From NCBI GenBank assembly GCA_963817895.1, contig CAWFQB010000014.1, forward strand, positions 576,001 through 640,000: a DNA stretch of 64,000 nucleotides, read 5' to 3'. Below are positions 52,097-62,259 of the stretch, one piece after another; position 1 is the first letter of the stretch, and every line of letters begins with the position of its first letter. The notes under the pieces are model-generated. The model searched no databases, was not told the origin of the DNA, and was given only the letters and a program-made list of their open reading frames with translations. The translations under genes and the position numbers were made by a program. Source of the DNA: an uncultured Chthonomonadaceae bacterium. Its GTDB lineage: Bacteria > Armatimonadota > Chthonomonadetes > Chthonomonadales > Chthonomonadaceae.

Positions 52097-53131
52097 CTAC
52101 TCCACCAGAAACTCGAACTTGAACCGCTGCACGCTGCTTATGGGTTCGCCGTTTTTCAGGGCGGGCTTCCACTTCCACTTTTTCAGGGCGCTCAGAACGC
52201 GGCTGTCAATCTCCTGATTGCCCGACGAAGTGCGCAGAGTGACGTTGGCGTTGCCGTCCGCATCCACTTCTACGGCTACGCGCACGAACGACTTGAAATC
52301 TCCGTGCTTGAGTTCGTCAGGAATGTCGGGTTTTACCTGATCCTGCGGCTCGGCTTCCTTTGTCGGGCCGCGCTTTTTAGGCTTTGGCTCCGGCGCAGGG
52401 TCGGGGTTCGGGTCCGGTTTCGGCTGTGGTTCCGGGGCGGGAACATCCTTTTTGTCGCTGCCGGAGGGCTGCGGTTTCGGGTCCGGTTTGGGGTCAGGCT
52501 TTGGGTCCGGTTTGGGAACCGGCTGCGGAACCGGGGTTTTCACAACCACATCCGGGTTGGTTTTGGCGTTGCCCGCGCCCTGCTGATTGGTCGGCTTGCC
52601 CACATCCGCGTTGCCGCCCGGCAGTACGACATGCTCATCGGGTTTGGGCGCGGTTTTGTTGTCTGGCGCGGTGAGAACGCGATTATGCGAAGTCTCCGGT
52701 GTCGGTACGGGATTGCTTTTTGCAGGTTTGGGTGGCTCCGGCGGGCGGGGCGTGTCCCGACGCGCGATTTGCGGACGCTCCCGATGCGGCGCCGGCGCGA
52801 CGATATGCGGGCGTTCGCGAGGAACGACAGGAACCGGCCGGGGCTTCAGCATCTCCTTGTGTACCTGAACGATTTTCTTCGCGATCTGCTCTTTCTTGAT
52901 GATCTTTTCCACCCGTTTGCCATTCGGCTGAATTACGACGCGCGTAATTTCGACGGGTTTTGGATCGTGAAAATGCGCCGGATGCACCGCCACAGCTGCC
53001 GCCCCGCTCCACAGCAGCAGGTTTAGCAGCAGGGATACGCCCACGCTGATGCTCAACCGCTTGTCCAGAGGGTCGTTCAGAAGCGTACTTTGCCCCTCAG
53101 ACAGTTCTTTCAAGCCGGGTTGTGTACTCAT
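52097..53131 (-). CDS. tonB: TonB family energy transducer
   Basis: N-terminal TM, Pro-Lys-Asp-rich linker, C-terminal SSGN.EID...KKWKWKPA. Confidence 0.85.
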   Translation of the reverse strand: MSTQPGLKELSEGQSTLLNDPLDKRLSISVGVSLLLNLLLWSGAAAVAVHPAHFHDPKPVEITRVVIQPNGKRVEKIIKKEQIAKKIVQVHKEMLKPRPVPVVPRERPHIVAPAPHRERPQIARRDTPRPPEPPKPAKSNPVPTPETSHNRVLTAPDNKTAPKPDEHVVLPGGNADVGKPTNQQGAGNAKTNPDVVVKTPVPQPVPKPDPKPDPKPDPKPQPSGSDKKDVPAPEPQPKPDPNPDPAPEPKPKKRGPTKEAEPQDQVKPDIPDELKHGDFKSFVRVAVEVDADGNANVTLRTSSGNQEIDSRVLSALKKWKWKPALKNGEPISSVQRFKFEFLVE

Positions 53132-53146
53132 CGCGAACTCTCCTTG

Positions 53147-53572
53147 TTATTTCCCCTGCTCCGGCGCGGTGGCAATGGCGAACTTTGTAATGCCGACGCT
53201 CCGCGATTCATCAATGCACTTCACGACAATGCCGTGCGGCACGGTCAGGTCGGCGTTGATGACAACCGAAGCGTTCGCCAAATCCACGTTCGGGCCGCCC
53301 GCTTTTTGTACCAGAAGCGTTCCCAGATCGGCCAGCGCAACCGGCTCCTTGTTGACAAAAACCTGCTGGTCTTTGTCAACCGTAATCGTCAGGTCGCTTG
53401 CCGGCTGTTTGGGCGCGGTAGATGCGCGGGGCAGATTGACGGGCAGGCCATTCAATCGCACAAGCGCCAGCGACGACAGCATGAAGAACACGAGCAGAAA
53501 GAACATCGTGTCAATCATGGGAATAATCTCGATTCGGGTGCGTTTAAGCTCGCGGCGTCGTTTGAATTCCAC
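53147..53572 (-). CDS. exbD: Biopolymer transporter ExbD
   Basis: IIPMIDTMFFLLVFFM, VNLPRA, VVINAD..VPHG. Confidence 0.93.
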   Translation of the reverse strand: MEFKRRRELKRTRIEIIPMIDTMFFLLVFFMLSSLALVRLNGLPVNLPRASTAPKQPASDLTITVDKDQQVFVNKEPVALADLGTLLVQKAGGPNVDLANASVVINADLTVPHGIVVKCIDESRSVGITKFAIATAPEQGK

Positions 53573-54251
53573 GAATAGCTCCCTCCTCGAAATTCATTCC
53601 CGCTTCCGTATGGTTCTGCTGCGCCCGCTCCTGATGATGCCGCTCGGTCAGCGCGTTGATAAGCTTCGTCGCGGCTTGCTCGGTTTCGGATGTAATCGTT
53701 CGCAGGCGCGCGGCAAAATAGTTGTACGCGACAAAGCAGATTACGGCGACGAGAATACCCGTCGCGGTCGCGTACAAGGCTTCGCCCACGCCCGCCAGAA
53801 CCGCGTCGCTGTTGTTGTGGTTGGCCTGACTGGCAATCGCGCTGAACGTGCCGATCATGCCGACAATGGTTCCCAACAGTCCCAACAGCGGCGAAATGGT
53901 GGTTGTCGTATCCAGCACGGGCAGCATCCGCTCCAATCGGATAAAGTAGTCCTGTCCCGCCTCCTCCACGAGCCGCTCCACTTCCCGCGTCGGCTGATTG
54001 CGGTGCTGCAAAACAACCGTCAGACACGCGGCAACCGGCCCACTCCGCGCCTGACACGCCTTTAATGCCGCCTCATACTGCCCGCCCCGGCACTGCTTGA
54101 GAACTTCCCCGAGCAGTCCGGGCGCGATATTGCCGAACTGCCGGTACGCCAATCCCCGCTCCACAATGACCACAATCGCCACAATGGACAGCAGCAGCAA
54201 GGGGTACATCACAAATCCGCCCGCCCGTATAAAATGTAGGATGCTTGACAT
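53544..54251 (-). CDS. exbB: ExbB/TolQ/MotA proton channel
   Basis: SPLLGLLGTIVGMI; GVGEALYATATG. Confidence 0.93.
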   Translation of the reverse strand: MSSILHFIRAGGFVMYPLLLLSIVAIVVIVERGLAYRQFGNIAPGLLGEVLKQCRGGQYEAALKACQARSGPVAACLTVVLQHRNQPTREVERLVEEAGQDYFIRLERMLPVLDTTTTISPLLGLLGTIVGMIGTFSAIASQANHNNSDAVLAGVGEALYATATGILVAVICFVAYNYFAARLRTITSETEQAATKLINALTERHHQERAQQNHTEAGMNFEEGAIRGIQTTPRA

Positions 54252-54264
54252 GAGTAGTACCTGA

Positions 54265-54386
54265 GTAGACAGTAGACGGTAGACGGTAGACGGTAGAAAC
54301 CCATTGCGCCTCACCCATTATCTATGTTGAAACGGAGAGTAGAAGCGCAGGTTCCTACCGTCTACCGTCTACCGTCTACTATCTAC
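54265..54386. repeat. Palindromic heptamer-repeat element (GTAGACG)n
   Basis: gtagacagtagacggtagacgg ... ccgtctaccgtctaccgtctactatctac. Confidence 0.8.
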
Positions 54387-54393
54387 CTCCTTT

Positions 54394-57034
54394 TCAGAAA
54401 TTCCCCGACAGCGACAGCAGAACGCGCCTTCCCTGCTGGAAGCGGGTGCCGCTGAAGCCGGAGTTGAAGTTGATAACCGTACGGTCGTCGAGCAGGTTTT
54501 CAATGGCAAGCGTCAGGCCGCCCCGCCCGCCTGCCCCGCCGCCGAAGAGTCGGGGGCCGGTGGAAAGCGACAGGTTCAGTTCCGTGCGCGGCTGCCGCTG
54601 GCCGTTGAACAGGGTTGCCGTGCTTTTGGGATTGGCGCTGACGATCACGCTGGACGCCACTCCACTGCCGTGATAGAGATTGAGGCCGGCGTTCGCGCCG
54701 GATTTCAGCGTATACGCCAGTCCCGCGCTGATGGTGTTCAGTTGGTCGTGGTCGTTGAAGGTGGGAGCCTGTCGCCCCGTGTTGTCCAGACCGTTGGGCT
54801 TGGCGATAGCATAGGCGTAGGACACGTAGGAACTCAGGCCGACGTTGTTGCGGGGCGTGAGGTTATAGGAGAATTCCGCGCCATGCACCGCTCCCCGCTC
54901 GAAGTTGACCGAAGAGTACACGCCGATCTGCGAACCGGGAATCAGCAGGCCAGTATCAATCTGGTTGGAAATGTCCTTGTAATAGTAGGCGACTTTCACG
55001 GTCTGCCCTGTCCCAATCTGCCGCTCCACGCTGGCCTCGTACTGGTTGAGCGTTTCAGGGCGGATGGGCTGCGCCGATGATTGCGCCCTGCGCCAGTGGC
55101 GGCTGAATGAACAGGCGGTTGAAGGAGAGGCGGCCTACGGTTTTGGGCGTGAGCAGATAGGCGAGATTGATGCGGGGCGACAGGTGTACCTGATCAATGG
55201 AGGGCTGCCCCAGATTCTGCTTCTGCTGATACCAGTCCACGCGGAAACCATAGTTGAGCGTGGTTCGGGCAGTGGCAAGCCACGTATCCTGCAAATATCC
55301 TGCCGCATAAAAACCGGTACGATGCACGTTGACAACGGGCGATGTACCCGATGTGGGCGTATAAACCGGATTGCCGTTGACATCCATTGCCATCCCCGAC
55401 GTTCCCTGCGGAGCCAGATTGGGCGTGAAGACGGCAAGCGCGTTCAGCGCCAGTTGGCTGCCTGGAGTGATCTGGTACGACTCGTCGCCCTCCTGATTGT
55501 CGTAGAGCAGGCCGCCCTTGTAGGTGTGCTTGGGACGCGCGGCGGTGATGCTGCCCTGTATCTGCGCGTGGTGGTAGTTGCGAATGATGGTCGGATTGAA
55601 TTCCAGCGAACTGTCAACCGGCAATCCGAAGTCGGCGGCAAGGGGATTGATGTTCAGCGAACCGTTGTTGTTCTTGATATCCTGCCCTGAATGGACAAGC
55701 CCGAAGGAGAGCAGGCCGGTCGTGGTATCGCTGAATGAGTGGCGGACGCTAATCAGGCCGAAGTCATTAGTGTCGCGCTGGTTGATGTCCTGCCCCAACT
55801 GCTGCTGTGAGCCGAGCTGCAAAGGAGCCGCGCCAAGCGCGTTGCCGTTGAAGTTGGGATCGTTGGGATTGGTGATAACGTCCGGGCGCGTTCCATCCGC
55901 GTTCCGCGCTCCAAACAGGCCGTATCCCTGCCCGACGGGTTGAAACGCGCTCGGCAGGCCCGCCCGGTTAGCAATTTGGGTATACGCGGGCGCGGTGTTG
56001 AGCGTGAGGGAAACCTGATCGCGCGCCCCGGCCTGATAGGTGATGTTGCCGAATCCGCTGAGTTGCGAACCCGTATTGTGCGCTTCCTGATTGTCGGGTT
56101 GGGGCGGTTCCAGCGCGTTTGTGGTACGCCGCGCGTTGAGGTTGAAGAAGTAGCCGATGGAACGCGCCTGCCGCCCGTTCGCGTCCGGCGCGCCGATGGG
56201 TTTGCCCAACTGCCCGCCGAAAGTGAACGCGCCATAGAAGGTGGAATACTGGCCGCCCTGAAATTCCGCGCTTGCAAAGGGCATGATCGGGCCGGAGCGC
56301 AGATTCAGGTTGAGAATGGCGGCGGTTTCCCCTCCGTATTCGGGCGCGAAGCCGCCCGTCTGAATGTCGAGGTTCTGAATTACATCCGGCACAAGGATTT
56401 GACCGGCGCGGCCCTGAAGCGCGTCCGGCAATTCAAAGCCGTTGAGGAAAATGGCGGTTGCCGAGTGTTCGCCGCGCGGATGATACTGGTTTACCGAGTC
56501 CTGCGCGAAACCGGGAACCGTGCGCGTGACTTTACCCAAATCCTGCGGGTTGCCCGCTGTGGCGGGAAATGTCTTCACAAATTTCTGGTCGCGGCGGGTT
56601 TCGTTTGTGGTGTTGCGCTTGTCGGTCGTCTCTTTGCCCGACGTGATCTTGATAACCTTTTCCGGCCCGACAGGTTCGAGCAATACTTCCACATCGGTCA
56701 CGCGATCCGTAATGACCGTCTTGACCTGCTTATCCGGCTGGTAGTTTTCCGCAGTGGTGGTGATTTGCCAGTCGCGGTTGTCGAGTTCGGGGCTTGTGGC
56801 ATTGCCCTTCGGGTCCGAGGTCAGCGTAATGTCGGGGCGTACCCCGGCGGTGTCATGCAGAACGATTTTCGCGCCCGCAATGGGTTTTTCGTTCTTGTCG
56901 TTGGCGTCCTTGACAGTGAAACGCAGGCGTCCGACAACGTCGGCGCAGGCGCGTCCGGCGGCCATCAGGCTGAAGAAAACAGCCATGACGACCAGGCCGG
57001 ACAGACGCAGGATCGGTTTGTACCGATCTCTCAT
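54394..57034 (-). CDS. TonB-dependent receptor, one frameshift near 55060
   Basis: Signal peptide, N-terminal Ig-like domain, plug (HPRGEH, GGFAPEYG), barrel ending ENLLD...GRRVLLSLSGNF. Confidence 0.85.
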
Positions 57035-57076
57035 GAGAATGTCCTCCCTTATTCAAAATAAATGAACAGTAACGGG

Positions 57077-57178
57077 TGGACGAAAGGGCGAGGACGTGCT
57101 ACAATCACGGTTGGAACCGGACGTGATTCGTCACGCTCGCCCGGCGCGTAGGTGTTACCAGCACCTATGCGCCTTTTT
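57077..57178 (+). ncRNA. Candidate antisense sRNA unit, copy 3
   Basis: TGGACG-17-TACAAT; two small hairpins, TCGCCCGG linker, ggcgcgtaggtg-ttaccag-cacctatgcgcc-ttttt. Confidence 0.55.
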
Positions 57179-57614
57179 GTCGTCTGCCGGGGGCAACCTG
57201 CCAGATATGGCGTAAACAATCCGGTGTCAACGGATCGTCAACAGCCTGCCACTGGCAAGTTACGATGAGCGCGGCAACGTCAGCAAAACCATTGCGGCAG
57301 GCGTAATGAAACGTCAGATAGCCGCAAAACAGGTGTCGCAAAACGCCACCGCAAGGCATTTGTCGCAGTAAAGATGCTCTCGCGAAGCAACTGCAGGCCG
57401 CGAAGACAGGACATAACAAGTTATGTCCCTACGTTACCACAGCCGCGAGATTTATCTCACGGACTTTCGATAGTCTCTTATGCGATAAAATCAGGCAAGA
57501 ATCAAGCAGCCAAAAGCCTGTAAACAGGCGTCAGGACGCTTAACCCAAGACATTAAATTGTAAAATGTAAGTAGTGAAACAGCGAACATGCGCGGGGAAG
57601 CGCATTTTGAGGAA

Positions 57615-58145
57615 TCAAACAGTGGGCGGGCCACGCGAGGAAGTGGCAATCGCCCGCGAACGAAGGCAACGCGGCAGGGTGGTGACGACACGCGGCAGGG
57701 TGATAGGTTCCGTCTGAAACAGCGTGAATGGCTGCAAGGCGGCGGAAACCTGCATAGCCTGCCATTCGCAAGCCATACAATGCGCCGAGTGCGTTTTGCC
57801 GGCTTTCACAATCACGGACTTATGTGTCGCGCGATTTTTGGAAGCAGGCTTCTGCACGGCCTTATGCAGGTCGGGGTTCAACGCGGAGGCAGACTGCGCC
57901 ATCCTGTGGGGCTGCAAATTAGCTTCTGAAATCGTGAGGACGGAAAAACCGGTTTCTACCTCTTCGTTGCCGATATGCGTATGCTGAGAGGGCAGGAAAA
58001 CGCTGAGCATAAGGTAGCACAGGCCAAGCAGCAGCGTCCACACGCGCATGGACCGCTGACAGCGAAACGAGCGGCGTAAAGAACGTTGAAGCGAGCGCTC
58101 AAATGGACCGACCATTGGTTTTCCTCCTTTCTCCGGCATTTGCAA
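57615..58145 (-). CDS. DUF2946/CruR-like upstream protein (CxxC + RGPP); start uncertain
   Basis: TM segment, HTH, HCMACEW, C-terminal SRGPPTV; lies upstream of a TBDT. Confidence 0.7.
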   Translation of the reverse strand: MQMPEKGGKPMVGPFERSLQRSLRRSFRCQRSMRVWTLLLGLCYLMLSVFLPSQHTHIGNEEVETGFSVLTISEANLQPHRMAQSASALNPDLHKAVQKPASKNRATHKSVIVKAGKTHSAHCMACEWQAMQVSAALQPFTLFQTEPITLPRVVTTLPRCLRSRAIATSSRGPPTV

Positions 58146-58157
58146 CTAGTCTTTCGA

Positions 58158-58184
58158 TTATAGCACAGTTTACGCCCATTGCAA
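58158..58184 (-). promoter_or_regulatory. Promoter of the TonB locus
   Basis: TTGCAA-16 nt-TATAAT with extended TG on the minus strand. Confidence 0.6.
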
Positions 58185-58614
58185 CCGCAAACGTAAAATT
58201 TTCTGCGCCCGCTTTCTTCCCGCAAAATTCAAGCGCAAACTTTTTTGACAAAAGGTGTCACGCTGCAATCCCCGCCGCGTTTTCTTACCCTGTGCGAAGG
58301 AGCAGGGTTGGGAAGAACATTTCGACAGCCGACGCGGTTCAGCGTAGATAATCGGCAGTCCCATTCGCGTTCTCCCGGCCCGTGCAGCGCAGCCGCGCTT
58401 TCACCCTTTCCACTTTACATAGCGCAAGACCTTCAAACCAGATTTTGCGAATTCGGGATCAAGGGCCGGCCTGTTTTGGAGAAACCGGAACGGCCTGCCC
58501 TCCCTTACCTACGTGCCGTTCGCCGGCAGTGACGACGGGGGCGCTGACGTTACTGACGGGAACACACGACGCGGGCAGTCCGAGGCGGAACGGACTGCCC
58601 GCAATTTGTTTATT

Positions 58615-58745
58615 GTTCACCACCAAGACGCCAAGAACACCAAGGGGAGGCTAAAGAAAACTACAAAGCAGCACAACTCGCAAAGCTGTTTACTTCTCCT
58701 CTTCTTCTTGTCTTTCCTGGTGTTCTTGGCGTCTTGGTGGTGAAC
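58615..58745. repeat. Palindromic element with 9-mer repeats (CACCAAGAA-like)
   Basis: gttcaccaccaagacgccaagaacacca ... tggtgttcttggcgtcttggtggtgaac. Confidence 0.8.
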
Positions 58746-59761
58746 TACTCTGTGCCTGTTTTCAGCAACACCGCCGGGTCTTCCCATTCGCCGATGCGCC
58801 GGAATTTCTCGTAGCGGGTGTGCTGTAGTTCGTCGGGGGAGAGTTTGCTCAACAGGGTCAGATTGCGGCTGATGCCCTGTTTGAGCGTGGCGGCCATTTC
58901 GGGCAGATTGCGGTGCGCGCCGCCCAGTGGTTCGGCAATGATTTCGTCTATGATACCGAATTCTAAGGCGTGGCGGGCGGTCAGCTTCAGGGCGTCGGCG
59001 GCTTCGGGAGCGCGGGCGCGGTCGTTCCACAAAATGGCCGCGCAGGATTCGGGCGGAATGACGGAATATACGGCGTGTTCCAGCATTAAAATGCGGTCGC
59101 CAACGGCAATACCCAACGCGCCGCCGCTGCCGCCCTCGCCGATAACCGCCACCACAATCGGGATACGCAGGCCAACCATTTCGCGCAGATTGACGGCAAT
59201 CGTCGCGCTGATCCCCTCTTCTTCCGCCAGCAAGTTCGCTTCCGCAGCGGGCGTATCCACGAATACGATTAAGGGCTTGTTAAACTTGTCGGCCAGTTTC
59301 ATCAGGCGCAGGGCTTTACGGAACCCGGCGGGACGCGCGCTGCCGAAGTTGCGCAGTTGCCGCTCTTTCAGGTCGCGCGCCTTCTGGTGTCCCAGAACGA
59401 CAACGGACTCGTTATGGAAACGCGCAAATCCGCCCACCACTGCGGGGTCATCGGCGTTCACGCGGTCGCCGTGCAATTCGGTAAAATCCTCAAAAAGCAG
59501 GTTGATATAATCTAAAGTATAGGGGCGTTGTGGGTGACGCGCCATCTGCACTTCATTCCACGGCGTCAGGCTGGAAAAGATATGCCGCATGGCCTGCTCC
59601 CGGCGGGTTTCCAATTTGGCAATCTCCGCGTCAATATCAATGCCCCGCGATTCGGCATCCGCCCGCGCCCCGGCTTCGGTCGCGAATCGCTTCAGTTCGA
59701 CGATCTTTTCATCTAAATCGGCTATCGGTTTTTCAAAATCAAAGGGGCTGTTAAGCGACAA
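58745..59761 (-). CDS. accA: Acetyl-CoA carboxylase carboxyltransferase alpha
   Basis: [42 protein letters not shown]. Confidence 0.95.
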   Translation of the reverse strand: MSLNSPFDFEKPIADLDEKIVELKRFATEAGARADAESRGIDIDAEIAKLETRREQAMRHIFSSLTPWNEVQMARHPQRPYTLDYINLLFEDFTELHGDRVNADDPAVVGGFARFHNESVVVLGHQKARDLKERQLRNFGSARPAGFRKALRLMKLADKFNKPLIVFVDTPAAEANLLAEEEGISATIAVNLREMVGLRIPIVVAVIGEGGSGGALGIAVGDRILMLEHAVYSVIPPESCAAILWNDRARAPEAADALKLTARHALEFGIIDEIIAEPLGGAHRNLPEMAATLKQGISRNLTLLSKLSPDELQHTRYEKFRRIGEWEDPAVLLKTGTE

Positions 59762-60604
59762 GAGGAGCCTCCTCCGCAAAGAACGTCAACAGACGGCCCA
59801 GCGTTGCCCGCAATTCCCTGCGTGGCACGACCTGGTCAATCTGCCCGCTGCGGAACTGGAATTCGGATGTTTGAAAATCGTCCGGCAGTTTCGCGCCCAC
59901 ATCCTGATTGCCCACGCGCCGTCCGGCAAATCCAATCAACGCGCCCGGTTCGGCTAAAATCACGTCGCCAAGCGAGGCGTAGGAGGCGTACACGCCCGCC
60001 ATTGTGGGGTCGGTCAGCACGACAATATACGGCACGGCAGCGCGATCCAGACGGGCCACGCCCGCGCTTGTTTTCGCCATCTGCATCAGGGAGAAAATCC
60101 CCTCCTGCATCCGCGCGCCGCCGCCGTTGGCCGTGACCATTACAACGGGCAGGCGTTCGCGCGCCCGGATTCCATCAGGCGCATAATTTTTTCGCCTACC
60201 ACACTGCCCATCGAGCCGCCCATAAACGCGAAGTCCGCCACGCCAAGCATACAGGAATTTTCTTCTATACGCGCTTGTCCCGTTAAGATTGCATCGGTCA
60301 GGCCGGTTTTGGCGCGCGCCCGTCCAATTTTATCGGCATAATCGGGAAAGCCGAGCGGGTCTAAGGACTTCAATTCGCTGTTCATCTCCACGAAACTATC
60401 AGGATCAACCAGCATCTCCAGCCGCTCTTTCGCCGTCAGTTTGTGATGATACTCGCACTTGGCGCATACCATCAGGTTGCGCTGCACGTCCTTGGTAAAC
60501 GAGATGTCGTTACACCGGTCGCACTTGGTCCACAGACCTTCGGGAACATCGGCGGGCGCGCTGCCGTTGCGCTTGTGCCGGTTAAACCAACTTCCACGAG
60601 CCAT
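59751..60604 (-). CDS. accD: Acetyl-CoA carboxylase carboxyltransferase beta, frameshift near 60160
   Basis: GLWTKC..C zinc finger, [13 protein letters not shown], then GGARMQEG in the next frame. Confidence 0.92.
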
Positions 60605-60696
60605 AACTATTAAGCCCTCAACTTCTTTATGCAGGATTATTCAGACGCAATGCAGAATCTTGGGCCACTCTCAATAAACCAAAGGAAACGAACCCT

Positions 60697-61761
60697 ATGA
60701 GTTTGCCCGAATGGCGCAAGGAAATTGACCGCATTGACGCGGAAGTGCTGGAACTGCTGAACCGCCGCGCGCAACTGGCGCAGCAAATCGGACACGCCAA
60801 AGCCAACACGCGCTCCCATTATTTTACCCCGGAACGCGAACATATCGTATTCAATCGGCTGTCCGCGCTGAATAAAGGGCCATTGGAGTCCAATTCGGTG
60901 CGCGCCATCTACAAAGAGGTCATTTCCGCGTGCCGCGCATTGGAAAAACCGCTGATGGTCGCGTTTCTCGGCCCGGAGGGAACGTTCAGCCATCTGGCAA
61001 GTCTGGCAAAGTTCGGCACGTCGTCGCAGTTTTCGCCCGAAGCCACGATTTCAGACGTGTTCGCGCAGGTAGAGCGCAGCGCGTGCGACTATGGCATCGT
61101 GCCGGTAGAGAACTCATGGGCGGGCGTGGTTCCCGAAACGCTGGACACGTTTATGAATTCCAACCTGCGCGTCGTCTCGGAAGTATACCAGCCCATCCAT
61201 CATAATCTGCTGACGAAATGCGAGGATTTGGCGCAGGTGAAACGCCTGTACTCCCATTTCCAGCCGCTCGCGCAGTGCCGCCAATGGCTGCGCAGCCATC
61301 TGGGGCATGTGGAGGAGGTTGAAGCGTCCAGCACATCCAAAGCGGCGGAACTGGCCTCGCACGACCCGGAAAGCGCGGCGATTGCAACCCTGCTGGCGGC
61401 GGAAAAATACGACATGCCCGTGTTGTGCGAGCATATCGAAGACAATCCGAGCAACCGAACCCGCTTTCTCGTCCTGGGTTACAACGAGCCTGAGCCAACG
61501 GGGAAAGATAAAACCTCTTTAATGTTCGCGGTTCCCAACCGGGCGGGCGAACTGGTACACGCGCTGAACGCCTTTGAAAAGTATGATGTGAACCTGACCA
61601 TGATCGAATCGCGCCCCAGCAAAACTGCCGCATGGCAGTACGTGTTTTACGTGGATGCACAGGGACACACCAAAGACGTGGCGGTTACAAAAGCCATCAC
61701 CCTGCTGAAAGAACACGTTTTGTTCGTTCGCGTCCTCGGTTCCTACCCGGAGTCGAGTTAG
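60697..61761 (+). CDS. pheA: Chorismate mutase / prephenate dehydratase
   Basis: RKEIDRID, FLGPEGTFS, PVENS, NRTRF, IESRP. Confidence 0.95.
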   Translation: MSLPEWRKEIDRIDAEVLELLNRRAQLAQQIGHAKANTRSHYFTPEREHIVFNRLSALNKGPLESNSVRAIYKEVISACRALEKPLMVAFLGPEGTFSHLASLAKFGTSSQFSPEATISDVFAQVERSACDYGIVPVENSWAGVVPETLDTFMNSNLRVVSEVYQPIHHNLLTKCEDLAQVKRLYSHFQPLAQCRQWLRSHLGHVEEVEASSTSKAAELASHDPESAAIATLLAAEKYDMPVLCEHIEDNPSNRTRFLVLGYNEPEPTGKDKTSLMFAVPNRAGELVHALNAFEKYDVNLTMIESRPSKTAAWQYVFYVDAQGHTKDVAVTKAITLLKEHVLFVRVLGSYPESS

Positions 61762-61832
61762 CGCTTTGCAGGCGGGGCGAACGTCTCTGTGACGCATGAA
61801 TACCGAAAAGGCCGTATGCTGAAAAAGAGAAG

Positions 61833-61879
61833 AATATGTAGAGGCGTTGTCGAAATATTGGCAATGCAGCGCTTCCAGC
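61833..61879 (+). repeat. Dispersed 47-bp GTAG-REP-like repeat, copy 2
   Basis: Matches 34241-34287; followed by ccggatgagggtagaaac, which is shared with 34020-34037. Confidence 0.8.
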
Positions 61880-61980
61880 CATCCGGGCTTCGCCCGGATG
61901 AGGGTAGAAACTCCTACGTGGCGCAACACTATCGAAATGAATTCTCCTGCACAGACGAAATTAGCAGAGGAGGAAAACAG

Positions 61981-62259
61981 ATGCCAGCGCGTACTCAATA
62001 CCAGCAAGACAAACTACATATTGAGCAGGAAACAAATGCTGAAATAGCCTTCGGGATTCTCCTGGAACAAGCGGGCGTGGATTTTGACGCCTTTATGCAG
62101 GAGTGGAGTATCAGCCACAATCAGTTCAACTGCATCAGCCACTACCTGTACGGGCTGGCGGAGGAACTTCCCGAACTGCCACCCGCGCTTGCCGTGCTGC
62201 TGTTAGTGGCAGGCCGCAGAATCCTGTTATGGTCTGATTTCACTCGTCTTTGCGTTTGA
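61981..62259 (+). CDS. Small hypothetical protein
   Basis: SD GAGGAGG + ATG; 92 aa. Confidence 0.5.
   Translation: MPARTQYQQDKLHIEQETNAEIAFGILLEQAGVDFDAFMQEWSISHNQFNCISHYLYGLAEELPELPPALAVLLLVAGRRILLWSDFTRLCV

Noticed and set aside
52380..52540. Tandem PKPD/PEP coding repeats
   Set aside because: Ordinary TonB proline-rich linker
57165..57419. Cys-rich 84-aa ORF and recurring CGCA/CGCG words upstream of the TBDT
   Set aside because: No SD, it starts inside a REP-like palindrome near 57408-57432, and the word spacing is irregular
58570..58612. Strong hairpin gcgggcagtcc/ggactgcccgc as the end of an ncRNA
   Set aside because: No convincing promoter found; more simply a terminator-like stem downstream of accA
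60130..60180. Programmed frameshift or true split in accD
   Set aside because: No slippery heptamer; fits the window-wide indel pattern
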